From Patescibacteria group bacterium (GTDB lineage Bacteria; Patescibacteriota; Minisyncoccia; 2-02-FULL-40-12; IGHO2-01-FULL-4-A): 60,030 bases of DNA. The stretch is from positions 1 through 60,030 of the forward strand of contig JBBTYI010000005.1 of NCBI GenBank assembly GCA_038061865.1. The letters are read 5' to 3'. The first letter of the stretch is position 1. Every line of letters begins with the position of its first letter. The notes beneath the pieces were generated by a model. The model did no database searches, was not told the DNA's origin, and worked only from the letters and a program-made list of their open reading frames with translations. A program made the translations under genes and the position numbers. Shown piece after piece: positions 23,280-32,498 of this stretch.

Positions 23280-23558
23280 CAAAACTGATTCTTTCAAAAC
23301 TTTGCTGGGGGTGAAGCGGACTTTCTTGGAGGCCTTGATCTGGATGCTTTCGCCGGTGCGCGGGTTCCTCCCCATTCTGGCCGGCCGGTCGGCTACTTTG
23401 AAAATACCCAAACCGGAAACGTTCAGTTTATTGCCCTTCTTCAAAACATCAGTGACTCCGGCAACAAAGGCGTCAACAAACTCACCGGCCTGTTTTTTAG
23501 GCACGTTCATTTTTTCGGCGACCCATTGGATAAATTGTGTTTTCTTAACTGACTGCAT
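23277..23558 (-). CDS. hup: HU/IHF-family DNA-binding protein
   Basis: GFGIFKV-like LGIFKVADRPARMGRNPRTGESIQIKASKKVRFTPSK is the HU beta-arm signature. Confidence 0.9.
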   Translation of the reverse strand: MQSVKKTQFIQWVAEKMNVPKKQAGEFVDAFVAGVTDVLKKGNKLNVSGLGIFKVADRPARMGRNPRTGESIQIKASKKVRFTPSKVLKESVL

Positions 23559-23575
23559 AAAACACCTCCCTTCGC

Positions 23576-25114
23576 CTACCGCGCGTATTCTATAGCGCGG
23601 GTTTCTCTGATTACATTAACTTTGATCTCTCCGGGATATTTCATTTCCGATTCGATCCTTTTGGCGATGTCGCGCGCCAGTTTCAGCGCTGATAAATCGT
23701 CAACCTTGGTTGGCGTGACAAAGATTCTCAATTCCCGTCCGGCTTGGATGGCGTAGGACTTTTCCACACCCTCAAAAGAAGCGGCAATCTTTTCCAGGTC
23801 CTCTAAACGTTTCAGATAAATTTCCACCGTGTCGCGCCGGGCGCCGGGTCGGGCTCCGGAAATGGCGTCAGCGGCTTGGACAATGCGGGATTCCAAAGAA
23901 CTGTAAGGATACTCCTCGTGGTGGGCCTCCATAGCTTGAATCACCCGCTCATCCATGCCAAATTTTTGAAGTATTCTACGGCCAATCTCAACGTGCGTAC
24001 CTTGGACTTCGTGGTCAACCGCTTTGCCGATGTCATGAAACAAAGCGCCTTTTTTGGCGACTGAAGCATCGGCGCCGATTTCCGCCGCCAGCATGCCGGC
24101 GACGTGGGCCATTTCAATTGAGTGCAATAATACATTTTGGCCGAAACTGGTGCGAAAAGCAAGCCGGCCGAGCAAAAACGTCAATTTCGGGTCAGTGACG
24201 CCGGCGCCGACTTCAAACAACGCCGCTTCCCCGGCCTGCCGGATTTTTTCGTTTATTTCGGTTTTGGCTTTCTCAACCATTTCTTCAATTTTTGCCGGAT
24301 GAATCCGGCCGTCAGTGATTAATTTTTCCAGCGCTACCTTGGCGATTTGCCTTCTCACCGGGTCAAATCCTGATATTACCAGGGTCTCGGGGGTGTCATC
24401 AATGATAATATCCACACCGGTTAGCCGTTCGATGGTCTTGATATTCCGGCCTTCCTTACCGATAATTTTGCCTTTGAGGTCGTCGGAAGGCAGAGAAATT
24501 ACGGTAGTCGTAGCATCGGCGATGTGCGAGCCGGCGTAACGCTGAATTGCCAAGGCCAGAATCTCTCTGGCTTTGCGCTCCAGCTCTTCAGTGTTGGCTT
24601 GCTCCAGTTTGCGCAAGCCCCGATAAAGCTCATCACGGGATTCTTCTTCAATTTTTTTGAATAAGGCGTCTTTGGCCTCCTCGCGCTTCAAGCCGGCTGC
24701 TTTTTCCAGTTCTACGATTTGCTGTTGAAACTGCCGATCAAGCTCCAATTGGCGCTTTTCCACGCTGGCAATCTCGGCAGCTAATTGACTTTTTGTTTGT
24801 TCCAGCGCCTTGCTTCGGTCGTCAATCTCCGTTTCTTTTTTAGCCAGTATCGTTTCAATTCGGACCAATTGCTGATGCCGCGATTGTTCTTCTTTCTTTG
24901 ATTCCTCCAGAATCCTAAGTGTTTTATCTTTGGCTTCCAAAATCAGCTCCTGGGCCTTGTTTTTGGCCTCACCGAGCAGGTTTTCGGCCTTATTTCTGGC
25001 CGAACTTATTTTTTTGTTGGTGAGATATAAACTAAGTAAATAACCGATTATCAAACCGGTGATCAACGCCAACGAACCCCCGATCGCCAGGAGGGCGTAT
25101 TTTGACAGAACCAT
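23576..25114 (-). CDS. rny: ribonuclease Y
   Basis: An N-terminal TM segment and a long coiled coil are followed by a KH domain (GKIIGKEGRNIK) and an HD domain (LLHSIEMAHVAGMLA...ALFHDIGKA). Confidence 0.9.
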   Translation of the reverse strand: MVLSKYALLAIGGSLALITGLIIGYLLSLYLTNKKISSARNKAENLLGEAKNKAQELILEAKDKTLRILEESKKEEQSRHQQLVRIETILAKKETEIDDRSKALEQTKSQLAAEIASVEKRQLELDRQFQQQIVELEKAAGLKREEAKDALFKKIEEESRDELYRGLRKLEQANTEELERKAREILALAIQRYAGSHIADATTTVISLPSDDLKGKIIGKEGRNIKTIERLTGVDIIIDDTPETLVISGFDPVRRQIAKVALEKLITDGRIHPAKIEEMVEKAKTEINEKIRQAGEAALFEVGAGVTDPKLTFLLGRLAFRTSFGQNVLLHSIEMAHVAGMLAAEIGADASVAKKGALFHDIGKAVDHEVQGTHVEIGRRILQKFGMDERVIQAMEAHHEEYPYSSLESRIVQAADAISGARPGARRDTVEIYLKRLEDLEKIAASFEGVEKSYAIQAGRELRIFVTPTKVDDLSALKLARDIAKRIESEMKYPGEIKVNVIRETRAIEYAR

Positions 25115-25160
25115 ATTTTTGCGTCATAGAAACCATACTACTAGTTGAAATTTCTAGCCC

Positions 25161-25210
25161 CGATTTTCGCTTGCGAAAATCGAGGATCCGCGATGCCACA
25201 AATGGCATCG
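25161..25210 (-). promoter_or_regulatory. two stable hairpins in the rny 5' leader (25161-25182 and 25191-25210)
   Basis: cgattttcgc tt gcgaaaatcg is a 10-bp palindrome. cgatgcca caaa tggcatcg has an 8-bp stem. Both lie between the predicted promoter and the rny ATG. Confidence 0.5.
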
Positions 25211-25265
25211 GGATTTTTAGTTTCTAGTTTTTAGTTATTTAATTTAACGAATTAGGACCTGATGA

Positions 25266-25294
25266 ATTATAGAAAAAATAACGGTTAGTGTCAA
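25266..25294 (-). promoter_or_regulatory. consensus sigma-70-type promoter for rny (TTGACA-17-TATAAT)
   Basis: The reverse strand reads TTGACA ctaaccgttattttttc TATAAT. Both hexamers are perfect and the spacer is 17 nt. Confidence 0.7.
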
Positions 25295-25323
25295 TTTACC
25301 CGAGATTTTGTTAAAATTAGCTC

Positions 25324-26898
25324 GTGACTGATTCTGTCAAAAAACCAGTGGTGCTCGTTATCCTTGATGGCTGGGGTTTCAGTGAACAAACCACCGGCAA
25401 TCCCGTTAAGCAGGCCAAACTCTCCAACTTAGATGCTATCGCCGCCCAATATCCGATGGTTTTACTCCAGGCCTCCGGGCCGGCAGTGGGTTTGACTTGG
25501 GGTGAAGCCGGCAGTAGCGAGGTCGGCCATTTGGCCATCGGCGCCGGGCGAATTGTCAACCAATACAATCCCCGTATCAATGAAGCGATCAAGAATGGAA
25601 CCTTCTTCGTTAATCAAGTTCTGGTCGGCGCTTTTGAACACGCTAAACAAAGTAACGGGCGTGTTCACCTGGTCGGTCTGCTGACCTCTGGCACCGTCCA
25701 CGCCGCCTTCAATCATTTGATCGCTCTTATCCAAATGGCCGCTGAAAACAACCCAAGCCAAACGTTTGTTCATTTATTTTTGGATGGCCGGGATTCCGGT
25801 CTGCGGGAAGGGGTTGAATTGATTAAAAAACTCGAACAAGAAACGCAAAAAAATAACCATGGTAAAATCGCCGCCGTCATTGGCCGGGACTGGGCCATGG
25901 ACCGGAACAACAACTGGGAGCGCACGCAAAAAACTTATCAGCTGATTGCCAAAGCCGAAGGCGAAAAAACCGGCAATTTAATTGAGAGCATAACCGATTA
26001 TTACCAAAAGGGTGTCAATGATTCGCAGATGCCGGCGCTGGTCTCATCCGCATCGGGTTTTGACGGTATGGCCGACGGCGACGCAGTCATTTTTTTCAAC
26101 TTCCGCGAAGACAGCATGCGACAGATTTTCCGCTCGTTTACCGAAGAAAATTTCACGAATTTTCAGCGGGCGATACTTAAAAATGTGTATCTGTGTTCAA
26201 TGACCAAATATTTGGAGGAGCAGACGGCGCCGGTCGCGTTTCCGCCGCCGGAAGTCAAAAACTGTCTAGCTGAAGTTCTGGCCGCCGCCGGTAAAATGCA
26301 ACTCCATATCGCTGAAACAGATAAATATGCTCATGTCACGTATTTTTTTAACGCGCTGAATAATCAGCCATTTGCCGGCGAGACCGACGTTTTTATTGAT
26401 TCGGTTAAAAACATTGAACAAAACCCGGCCATGGCCAGCGTCGAAATTGGCGAAAAAGTCGCGGCGGCGCTGGAGCCGGGGCGTTATGATTTCATCCTGG
26501 CTAATTTTGCCAATGCTGATTTGCTGGCCCATACCGGGAATTTTGAAGCCGTGGTCAGAGGTATGGAAGCGGTTGACGCGGCGCTCGGGCGAGTTCTGAA
26601 TAAAGCGCTGGAAAAGGACGCCGTCTTGATTGTTACTGCCGACCACGGCAATGCCGAGTCGCTGATTTATAAAACCGGCGGCGAAGCCGAAACCAAGCAT
26701 GGCACTAATCCAGTGTTTTTCTACTTAGTCGACAACGTCTACCGGCGGCAAAAAAGTTTTGAACAAATCGCTGCCGAAAAAGCGGAAGTTAACGGCATCT
26801 TGCCCGACATCGCCCCGACGATTTTGGAACTAATGGATTTGCCCCAGCCGCCGGAGATGACCGGCCAGTCGCTACTGCCGTTGCTGCTAGAGCAATAA
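25324..26898 (+). CDS. gpmI: 2,3-bisphosphoglycerate-independent phosphoglycerate mutase
   Basis: PVVLVILDGWG...GNSEVGHL-like SSEVGHLAIGAGR...ADHGNAE. GTG start. Confidence 0.9.
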   Translation: MTDSVKKPVVLVILDGWGFSEQTTGNPVKQAKLSNLDAIAAQYPMVLLQASGPAVGLTWGEAGSSEVGHLAIGAGRIVNQYNPRINEAIKNGTFFVNQVLVGAFEHAKQSNGRVHLVGLLTSGTVHAAFNHLIALIQMAAENNPSQTFVHLFLDGRDSGLREGVELIKKLEQETQKNNHGKIAAVIGRDWAMDRNNNWERTQKTYQLIAKAEGEKTGNLIESITDYYQKGVNDSQMPALVSSASGFDGMADGDAVIFFNFREDSMRQIFRSFTEENFTNFQRAILKNVYLCSMTKYLEEQTAPVAFPPPEVKNCLAEVLAAAGKMQLHIAETDKYAHVTYFFNALNNQPFAGETDVFIDSVKNIEQNPAMASVEIGEKVAAALEPGRYDFILANFANADLLAHTGNFEAVVRGMEAVDAALGRVLNKALEKDAVLIVTADHGNAESLIYKTGGEAETKHGTNPVFFYLVDNVYRRQKSFEQIAAEKAEVNGILPDIAPTILELMDLPQPPEMTGQSLLPLLLEQ

Positions 26899-26943
26899 AT
26901 TCTCCTCTACTCCGGGACAAAAAAAAAGAGGGGGGATGGCCCT

Positions 26944-27936
26944 CTAGGTCCGGCCGATGGCGGTGGCCGGTTGGTTGCTGGTTTGTTCCACTTCGTAATC
27001 TACCATCAAGTCCACCAGTTCCGCAAAGCGGATAGTCGGTTCCCAGCCCAGCACCTGCTTGGCCAGTTTGGCGTTGCCGCATAGGTTATAAACCTCCGCC
27101 GGGCGGGTGTGGGCGGCGTCGAATTTCACAAACTGCCGCCAGTCTAGCCCGACCCGAGCAAAGGCCCGCTCAAGGAATTCCTGCACACTATGCGATTCGC
27201 CGGTGGCAATAACGAAATCGCGCGGCTTGGTTTGTTGCAGCATTAGCCACATCGCTTCTACATATTCGCCGGCAAAACCCCAATCGCGCTTGGCGCTTAG
27301 GTCGCCCAATGTCAGGGTGGATTGCAGACCATTGGCAATGCGCGCCGCTGCTAACGCGATCTTCTTGGTGACAAATTCTTCGCCTCGGCGCGGACTCTCA
27401 TGGTTAAAAAGAATACCCGACACCGCAAAAATGCGGTAGGATTCGCGGTAATTGACGGTCAAATAATGCGCATAAACCTTGGCGCAACCGTACGGACTGC
27501 GGGGATAAAAGGCGGAGCGCTCATCCTGCGGCGATTGCCGGATTTTACCGAACATTTCTGAGGAAGACGCCTGATAGAACCGGATTTTGGGATTTACCTG
27601 GCGAATTGCCTCAAGTACCCGCAATGCGCCCAGCCCAGTCGCCTCTCCGGTAGAAACCGGGGTGTCGTACGATTCACGCACGAACGATTGTGCCGCGAGA
27701 TTGTACACTTCATCTGGCCCAGCGTGCACCAAAGCACGGACCAGCGACGCCTGATCCAGCAAATCGCCGGACAATAGGTCAATCTGATTCAGTATGCCGG
27801 CGATATTTCCCCTCTGTTTCTGACTACTGCGGCGCTCCAGACCAAAAACTTTATAGCCCTTGCTAAGCAACAGTTCGGCTAAGTAACTGCCATCCTGGCC
27901 GGTGATTCCGGTAATCAGGGCGCGTTTTTCTCCCAC
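26944..27936 (-). CDS. gmd: GDP-mannose 4,6-dehydratase
   Basis: ALITGITGQDGSYLAELLLSKGYKV...SPYGCAKVYAHYLTVNYRESY...NHESPRRGEEFVTKKI. GTG start. Confidence 0.9.
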   Translation of the reverse strand: MGEKRALITGITGQDGSYLAELLLSKGYKVFGLERRSSQKQRGNIAGILNQIDLLSGDLLDQASLVRALVHAGPDEVYNLAAQSFVRESYDTPVSTGEATGLGALRVLEAIRQVNPKIRFYQASSSEMFGKIRQSPQDERSAFYPRSPYGCAKVYAHYLTVNYRESYRIFAVSGILFNHESPRRGEEFVTKKIALAAARIANGLQSTLTLGDLSAKRDWGFAGEYVEAMWLMLQQTKPRDFVIATGESHSVQEFLERAFARVGLDWRQFVKFDAAHTRPAEVYNLCGNAKLAKQVLGWEPTIRFAELVDLMVDYEVEQTSNQPATAIGRT

Positions 27937-27954
27937 TGCTTACCTCCATTTTCT

Positions 27955-27990
27955 GACATCGCAAGTCAGAAATTCACGACTTGCGATGTC
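27955..27990. terminator. palindromic element copy 2 (same 13-bp stem as 12968-13004, opposite orientation), downstream of mnmA
   Basis: gacatcgcaagtc agaaattcac gacttgcgatgtc. The loop is approximately the reverse complement of the copy-1 loop. Confidence 0.65.
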
Positions 27991-27996
27991 GTGAGA

Positions 27997-29121
27997 TTAA
28001 ATAATCACCCCGCCGCCCAGCAACTGGCGGCCGCGGTAAAACACCGCTGACTGGCCCGGCGAAATCGCCTTAGCCGGACGCTTGAATGCCAGCGTCAAAG
28101 TTTTTAATGAACCGTTCCGTTTAACCTTCGCCGGAACTATCTCTGTTCTATATCTTATTTTTATTCCAGCGTCAATCGGTAGTTTTTGTTTTTCGTTTAG
28201 CCAGTTAATTTTGGTCACGGTTGCGGCCTTAGCTAGCAAACTTTTTTTCTTCCGCGAAACATAGATGATATTCTTTTTTATGTCCTTGCCGGCCACATAA
28301 AACGGCCCATTGCCGGTTTGAATGTTCAGTCCATGCCGCTGGCCGGTAGTGTAGTAGTAAATGCCATCGTGCTGGCCAATAATTTGGCTAGTCTCCAATA
28401 ACCTAATTTCCCCCGCTTTGGGCAAGATATATTGCTTGAGGAAATCTTTAACGTCTAATTGGCCGACGAAGCACACCCCTTGACTGTCTTTTTTATTCCA
28501 ATTGGGTAGGCCGAACTTTTTGGCCAATTGCCTAACCTCCGATTTGGTATAATCCCCGATCGGAAACAGGCAGTGTTTTAATTGCTTTTGCGTTAACGTC
28601 CACAAAAAATAGGTTTGATCTTTATTCTTATCTCTGGCCTTTAATAATTTGAAAATTTGTGTTTTGGATTTGTTTGTGATTTGGTACTTGGTGTTTGGTG
28701 CTCCCCGCCGTAGCCGGGCATAGTGCCCCGTTGCAATATAATCCGCTCCCTCCGCCAATGCCTTTTTCAAAAACAGTCCAAACTTGATTTCTTTGTTGCA
28801 CATTACGTCCGGATTTGGTGTCAGGCCGCGCCGATAGCCATCTATCATGTAACGCGCCACTTTGCGGCCGTATTCTCGTGAGAAATCCCAGGTCTTGAAC
28901 GGAATCCCAATCACCGCTGCCGCCCGCATCGCCATTTGCCGCTCTTCCTGCCAATTACAGAAGCTGGGAGCCGGCAGCCAGGAGCTGGCAGCTGGCGGCA
29001 GCCACGGTTTGAAATACACTCCGACTACATCAAATCCCGTCTGCTTAAGCAGAGCTGCCGCCACCGAAGAATCCACGCCGCCGCTCATTGCCACATAGAC
29101 CTTTTTAGCGATCTTCTTCAT
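27997..29121 (-). CDS. mnmA: tRNA 2-thiouridine(34) synthase MnmA
   Basis: KVYVAMSGGVDSSVAAALL is a PP-loop, followed by ...TPNPDVMCNKEIKF...DQTYFL. Confidence 0.9.
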   Translation of the reverse strand: MKKIAKKVYVAMSGGVDSSVAAALLKQTGFDVVGVYFKPWLPPAASSWLPAPSFCNWQEERQMAMRAAAVIGIPFKTWDFSREYGRKVARYMIDGYRRGLTPNPDVMCNKEIKFGLFLKKALAEGADYIATGHYARLRRGAPNTKYQITNKSKTQIFKLLKARDKNKDQTYFLWTLTQKQLKHCLFPIGDYTKSEVRQLAKKFGLPNWNKKDSQGVCFVGQLDVKDFLKQYILPKAGEIRLLETSQIIGQHDGIYYYTTGQRHGLNIQTGNGPFYVAGKDIKKNIIYVSRKKKSLLAKAATVTKINWLNEKQKLPIDAGIKIRYRTEIVPAKVKRNGSLKTLTLAFKRPAKAISPGQSAVFYRGRQLLGGGVII

Positions 29122-29227
29122 CTCGATATTTTACAATAAAAACTAAGACTGGCAAGTCGATTAGTATTAATTTGTTTCTGTGGATATCTAATTGTTGACT
29201 GGCCCTTAATTCCGATAAGATTAAACT

Positions 29228-29890
29228 ATGAGTCAAATCTCCGTCGCCTCAATAATGACCAAACGGCCAATTGCCGTCGGTCCGGATGATTCGGTAGTAT
29301 TCGCCGCCAAAGTTCTGGCCGACCACAATTTCAACGGCTTGCCGGTGGTGGGCCAAGACAACAAACTTATCGGCATTGTTACCGAATACGACCTAATTTC
29401 CAAAAGCAGCGATCTCCACCTGCCAACTTTAATAAATATTTTGAGCAACCTCGGCGTTTATAAAAAAGACACGGCGCCGATCAAAGGCGAACTCAAGCGC
29501 CTGCTGTCGCTGAAAGTCAAAGACATTATGAATGCCGACCCATTGACGGTAAGTCAAAACGCGCCGGTGCAAGAACTAGTTGATCTATTTGCCCATCATC
29601 ATCGAGTCAATCCGATTCCGGTAATTGATGACAGCCAGCGGCTGGTCGGCATTGTCAGCCGGTTTGATCTGGTCCAGCTCTTTGTTGATGAGAACGCCCA
29701 CCGCGAGGTGCCGGCCGGCGAGACTGCGGTCTCCGATAAGCAAGTTGACCAATTCGTCACTGACTTTGAAAAGCGCTTTATCCTCGTCTCCAAAACCCGC
29801 GCCCGCTTCTGGCCGGTGATCTCGCTGGCCTTCGCTCTCGTCGGCTTCATCATCGCCTTCGGGATTATCATCCGGATCGCCGTCAAGTAA
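29228..29890 (+). CDS. CBS-pair domain protein with a C-terminal TM segment
   Basis: Two CBS repeats (IMTKRPIAVGPDDSV...GLPVV...LIGIVTEYDL and IMNADPLTV...IPVIDDSQRLVGIVSRFDL), followed by a hydrophobic tail. Confidence 0.8.
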   Translation: MSQISVASIMTKRPIAVGPDDSVVFAAKVLADHNFNGLPVVGQDNKLIGIVTEYDLISKSSDLHLPTLINILSNLGVYKKDTAPIKGELKRLLSLKVKDIMNADPLTVSQNAPVQELVDLFAHHHRVNPIPVIDDSQRLVGIVSRFDLVQLFVDENAHREVPAGETAVSDKQVDQFVTDFEKRFILVSKTRARFWPVISLAFALVGFIIAFGIIIRIAVK

Positions 29891-29910
29891 TGATACCCGG
29901 TGTTGTTAAT

Positions 29911-31134
29911 TTAGATTTTCAATTCCCTAATCGCCAAAAACTTTTTGATATAGTCCAGGGTCTCGGTTTTGAAGTTTCGCTTGCTTTTGGGTAGCTCAAG
30001 CTGCCGGCCGAGCCAGGCCAGGCCATAGTTATTGACCGCCCGGATGACGCGGTTGGGACCGCCGTTGTAGGTGGCGGCCAGCATTTCTTCCGTAATACCA
30101 AGTTGATTAAGAATGTTTTTATCGGCTATTTTGGCGACAATATTCTTTTTATAAGCGTCAAAAAACAAAACCATTGCTTTAATCGCGTTGGTATGGTCGG
30201 CCATACCCAAAGCGTAATCCGCAATCAGTCCGGCGGACGGATAGTTCCGTACTATGGTGTTATAAGTCGGCTTAATGAATTGGGCTAAACCATTGGCACC
30301 GGCTGGCGAACCGGTATAACGATAGGCGCGTTCCTGATTCGCGCCGATAATCACTAACACTCTTTCGGTCAGCTCTTTACCCCCATCGGCGGCGATAAAA
30401 AATGAATCCGGGTCCACGTGCTCCACCAGCATAATGGTTTTGACAAATTCCTTACTCACCGGATTCGAGGTTGAATCTTGAAACAGACCGTGGTTGGTCA
30501 AATCGGTAAACGCCGTTTCCACTCTGGCTTCAATGTAGCGTTTCCCCGCTTCCACCAGTTCCGGCCGGTGCAAAGCGGTGGAGTACGGAACATAAAAAAT
30601 TTCGCTGTATTTATTTTTTGATTTTTCCGGCAAACCGGTCAGGTATTTGCTTTCCAGCAAGTATTTATTGGCTACGACAATCAGCTCCGGCCGGCCTTCC
30701 ACCTCATAAAAAGTATTAAAACTGTTCCAATATTTGGGCTGGATGTCCAGCGGCTCGCCTGCTTCCACCGGTTCTAGCGCCAGCATTTTGGTCTTACCGT
30801 AGTTTTTGATTTCATCCTCTTTGACCCAGACCCGTTTTTCAAACACCGCTCCGTTTTTGGTATTAAAAATTGCCAAAGCAATCTGTTTGCGCAAAGTTTC
30901 GTTGGTGGTTACGACCTTGCCGCTTTTGTATCGGATGATTTTATTCTCTAACGCCAGCGGCTGGCTGTGTTTGAGCAAGTCCAAGCCGGCCTGGATTTTT
31001 TCTTGGATATCAAGGGTCTGGGTTATTAAAGGAGAGGGTCGATTAAAAACATTTATCTCATTAGCCAGAGTAAGTTTGGCGATTATCCCCAACCCGGCTA
31101 GAAATAAAGACAAGGACAAGATAAATTTAATCAT
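29911..31134 (-). CDS. secreted protein with a lytic-transglycosylase (SLT)-like C-terminal domain
   Basis: A signal or anchor segment, then ...GANGLAQFIKPTY...AATYNGGPNRV, which resembles SLT motifs. Confidence 0.6.
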   Translation of the reverse strand: MIKFILSLSLFLAGLGIIAKLTLANEINVFNRPSPLITQTLDIQEKIQAGLDLLKHSQPLALENKIIRYKSGKVVTTNETLRKQIALAIFNTKNGAVFEKRVWVKEDEIKNYGKTKMLALEPVEAGEPLDIQPKYWNSFNTFYEVEGRPELIVVANKYLLESKYLTGLPEKSKNKYSEIFYVPYSTALHRPELVEAGKRYIEARVETAFTDLTNHGLFQDSTSNPVSKEFVKTIMLVEHVDPDSFFIAADGGKELTERVLVIIGANQERAYRYTGSPAGANGLAQFIKPTYNTIVRNYPSAGLIADYALGMADHTNAIKAMVLFFDAYKKNIVAKIADKNILNQLGITEEMLAATYNGGPNRVIRAVNNYGLAWLGRQLELPKSKRNFKTETLDYIKKFLAIRELKI

Positions 31135-31144
31135 TGAAATTCAA

Positions 31145-32449
31145 TCAGAGGCTTTGTCCAATCGCCGCCGCCTTGCTCAACACCGCGTTGGCATAAGAGT
31201 TGCAAATGCGTTTAACGCAAGCGGCACTGCCGCTGATGTAGGCCTTGGCGGCGGCAATCTCACCGGCTCGGGTTTTTTTAGTGGCGCCGGCACGAGCCAG
31301 TTTGGCTGCCGAGGCCGTAAAAGCGTCCTCAATATTCCACGGGCTGGGGGGATTGTGGTCGGTTAGTCGGGCTACTTCTTCCTCATAACCCAGCCAAGTG
31401 GTCGGTAAAAATTGCGCTGGTCCCAGCGCGCCGCCGCAGCCGTAGTTGGGCTCGCGCGAGACCCTGACGGTGTCGGGATTCAGCCCCAGTTTATTGATAA
31501 TTTGGAAGAAAGCGTCTTTTTCTTTTTCCGCCCGCGCCAGCTGCCCCAATTTTTTGTAGCAGTTATACATATCATTCAGCCAATTGCCGGTGCCGACATT
31601 GCGGCCCAAACCGGATTCCACTTCCAAAATCGCTATCAAAAACGCCGGTCGGATGCCGACGGCAATCGCCGCCAACTGACCGAATTTTATCGCGTCGTCA
31701 ACGGTTACCCCGTTTTGTTCCAAATAAAATATCTGGTCGCGGATGCGGCTAATGTCCTGCTGGGAACGCTTGACCAGCTCCTGATAACGCGTTTCCTGCC
31801 CTTTAGTTTCTTTGAGCAACTGGTCCTTGGTTTTTTTCTGGCTTTGGACATCCCGCTGGGCGGCGACTTGCAGGCTTTTCAGCCGCTGCAGGTCTTCTTG
31901 TTTGCTTTCCAAATCGGCTTTTTTTTGCTCCAACTCGGTTTTAATTTCTTTAATCGCGACAATGGAGGTCTGGGCTTTGGCTTGAGTGTCTTGCAGGTTT
32001 TTTAGATTATTAAAAAAATCGGACAGCCGGCGGTTCTTGAAAAGTAAAGCGGTCAGATTTTCCCGGTCGGTTTGGTTGAGTATTCTGATATATTGGGCCA
32101 AAGCGCTCTTGTGAAGTTCCAGCTTCCGTTCGGCAACGATAATTTGCGCCTGGGTGCCGATAATTTCAGCCCTAGTTTCCTCTACCTCCAGACCTAAACT
32201 TTTTATTTGCAGTTCAATTTGCTTTATCTGGGCGTTGAGCGTGGAAATTTCTCCGGATAAGGTTCTGGCCTTGGTGCTGGTTTGCTCAATTTGCTGCTGG
32301 TACTGGTCAATCTGGCGCTGGATCTCTTCAATCTGGCGGTTGCGCGCGTTAATTTCTTCTTGCACCCCGGCTCTTAAAATGGAAACAGGCACCAGAGTCA
32401 GGGTGCCAATTATCAAGGTAAAAATTAATCTTCTGGCGATTAGAATCAC
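31145..32449 (-). CDS. coiled-coil protein with a C-terminal lytic murein transglycosylase-like domain
   Basis: A ~230-aa heptad-rich N-region is followed by ILEVESGLGRNVG...GALGPAQFLPTTW (SLT_2/MltB-like). Confidence 0.65.
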   Translation of the reverse strand: MILIARRLIFTLIIGTLTLVPVSILRAGVQEEINARNRQIEEIQRQIDQYQQQIEQTSTKARTLSGEISTLNAQIKQIELQIKSLGLEVEETRAEIIGTQAQIIVAERKLELHKSALAQYIRILNQTDRENLTALLFKNRRLSDFFNNLKNLQDTQAKAQTSIVAIKEIKTELEQKKADLESKQEDLQRLKSLQVAAQRDVQSQKKTKDQLLKETKGQETRYQELVKRSQQDISRIRDQIFYLEQNGVTVDDAIKFGQLAAIAVGIRPAFLIAILEVESGLGRNVGTGNWLNDMYNCYKKLGQLARAEKEKDAFFQIINKLGLNPDTVRVSREPNYGCGGALGPAQFLPTTWLGYEEEVARLTDHNPPSPWNIEDAFTASAAKLARAGATKKTRAGEIAAAKAYISGSAACVKRICNSYANAVLSKAAAIGQSL

Positions 32450-32498
32450 TTTTGGATGTTAGCACAATTAGGCCGGCCGTGCTATATTTGAGTCAACA

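Noticed and set aside
28930-29000. GGCAGC/GCTGGC-rich low-complexity DNA inside mnmA (it encodes PWLPPAASSWLPAPSF). I considered it as a possible inserted repeat.
   Set aside because: It lies in the variable linker that follows the PP-loop domain in MnmA and keeps the reading frame. No second copy or periodic unit comparable to the heptamer arrays was seen.
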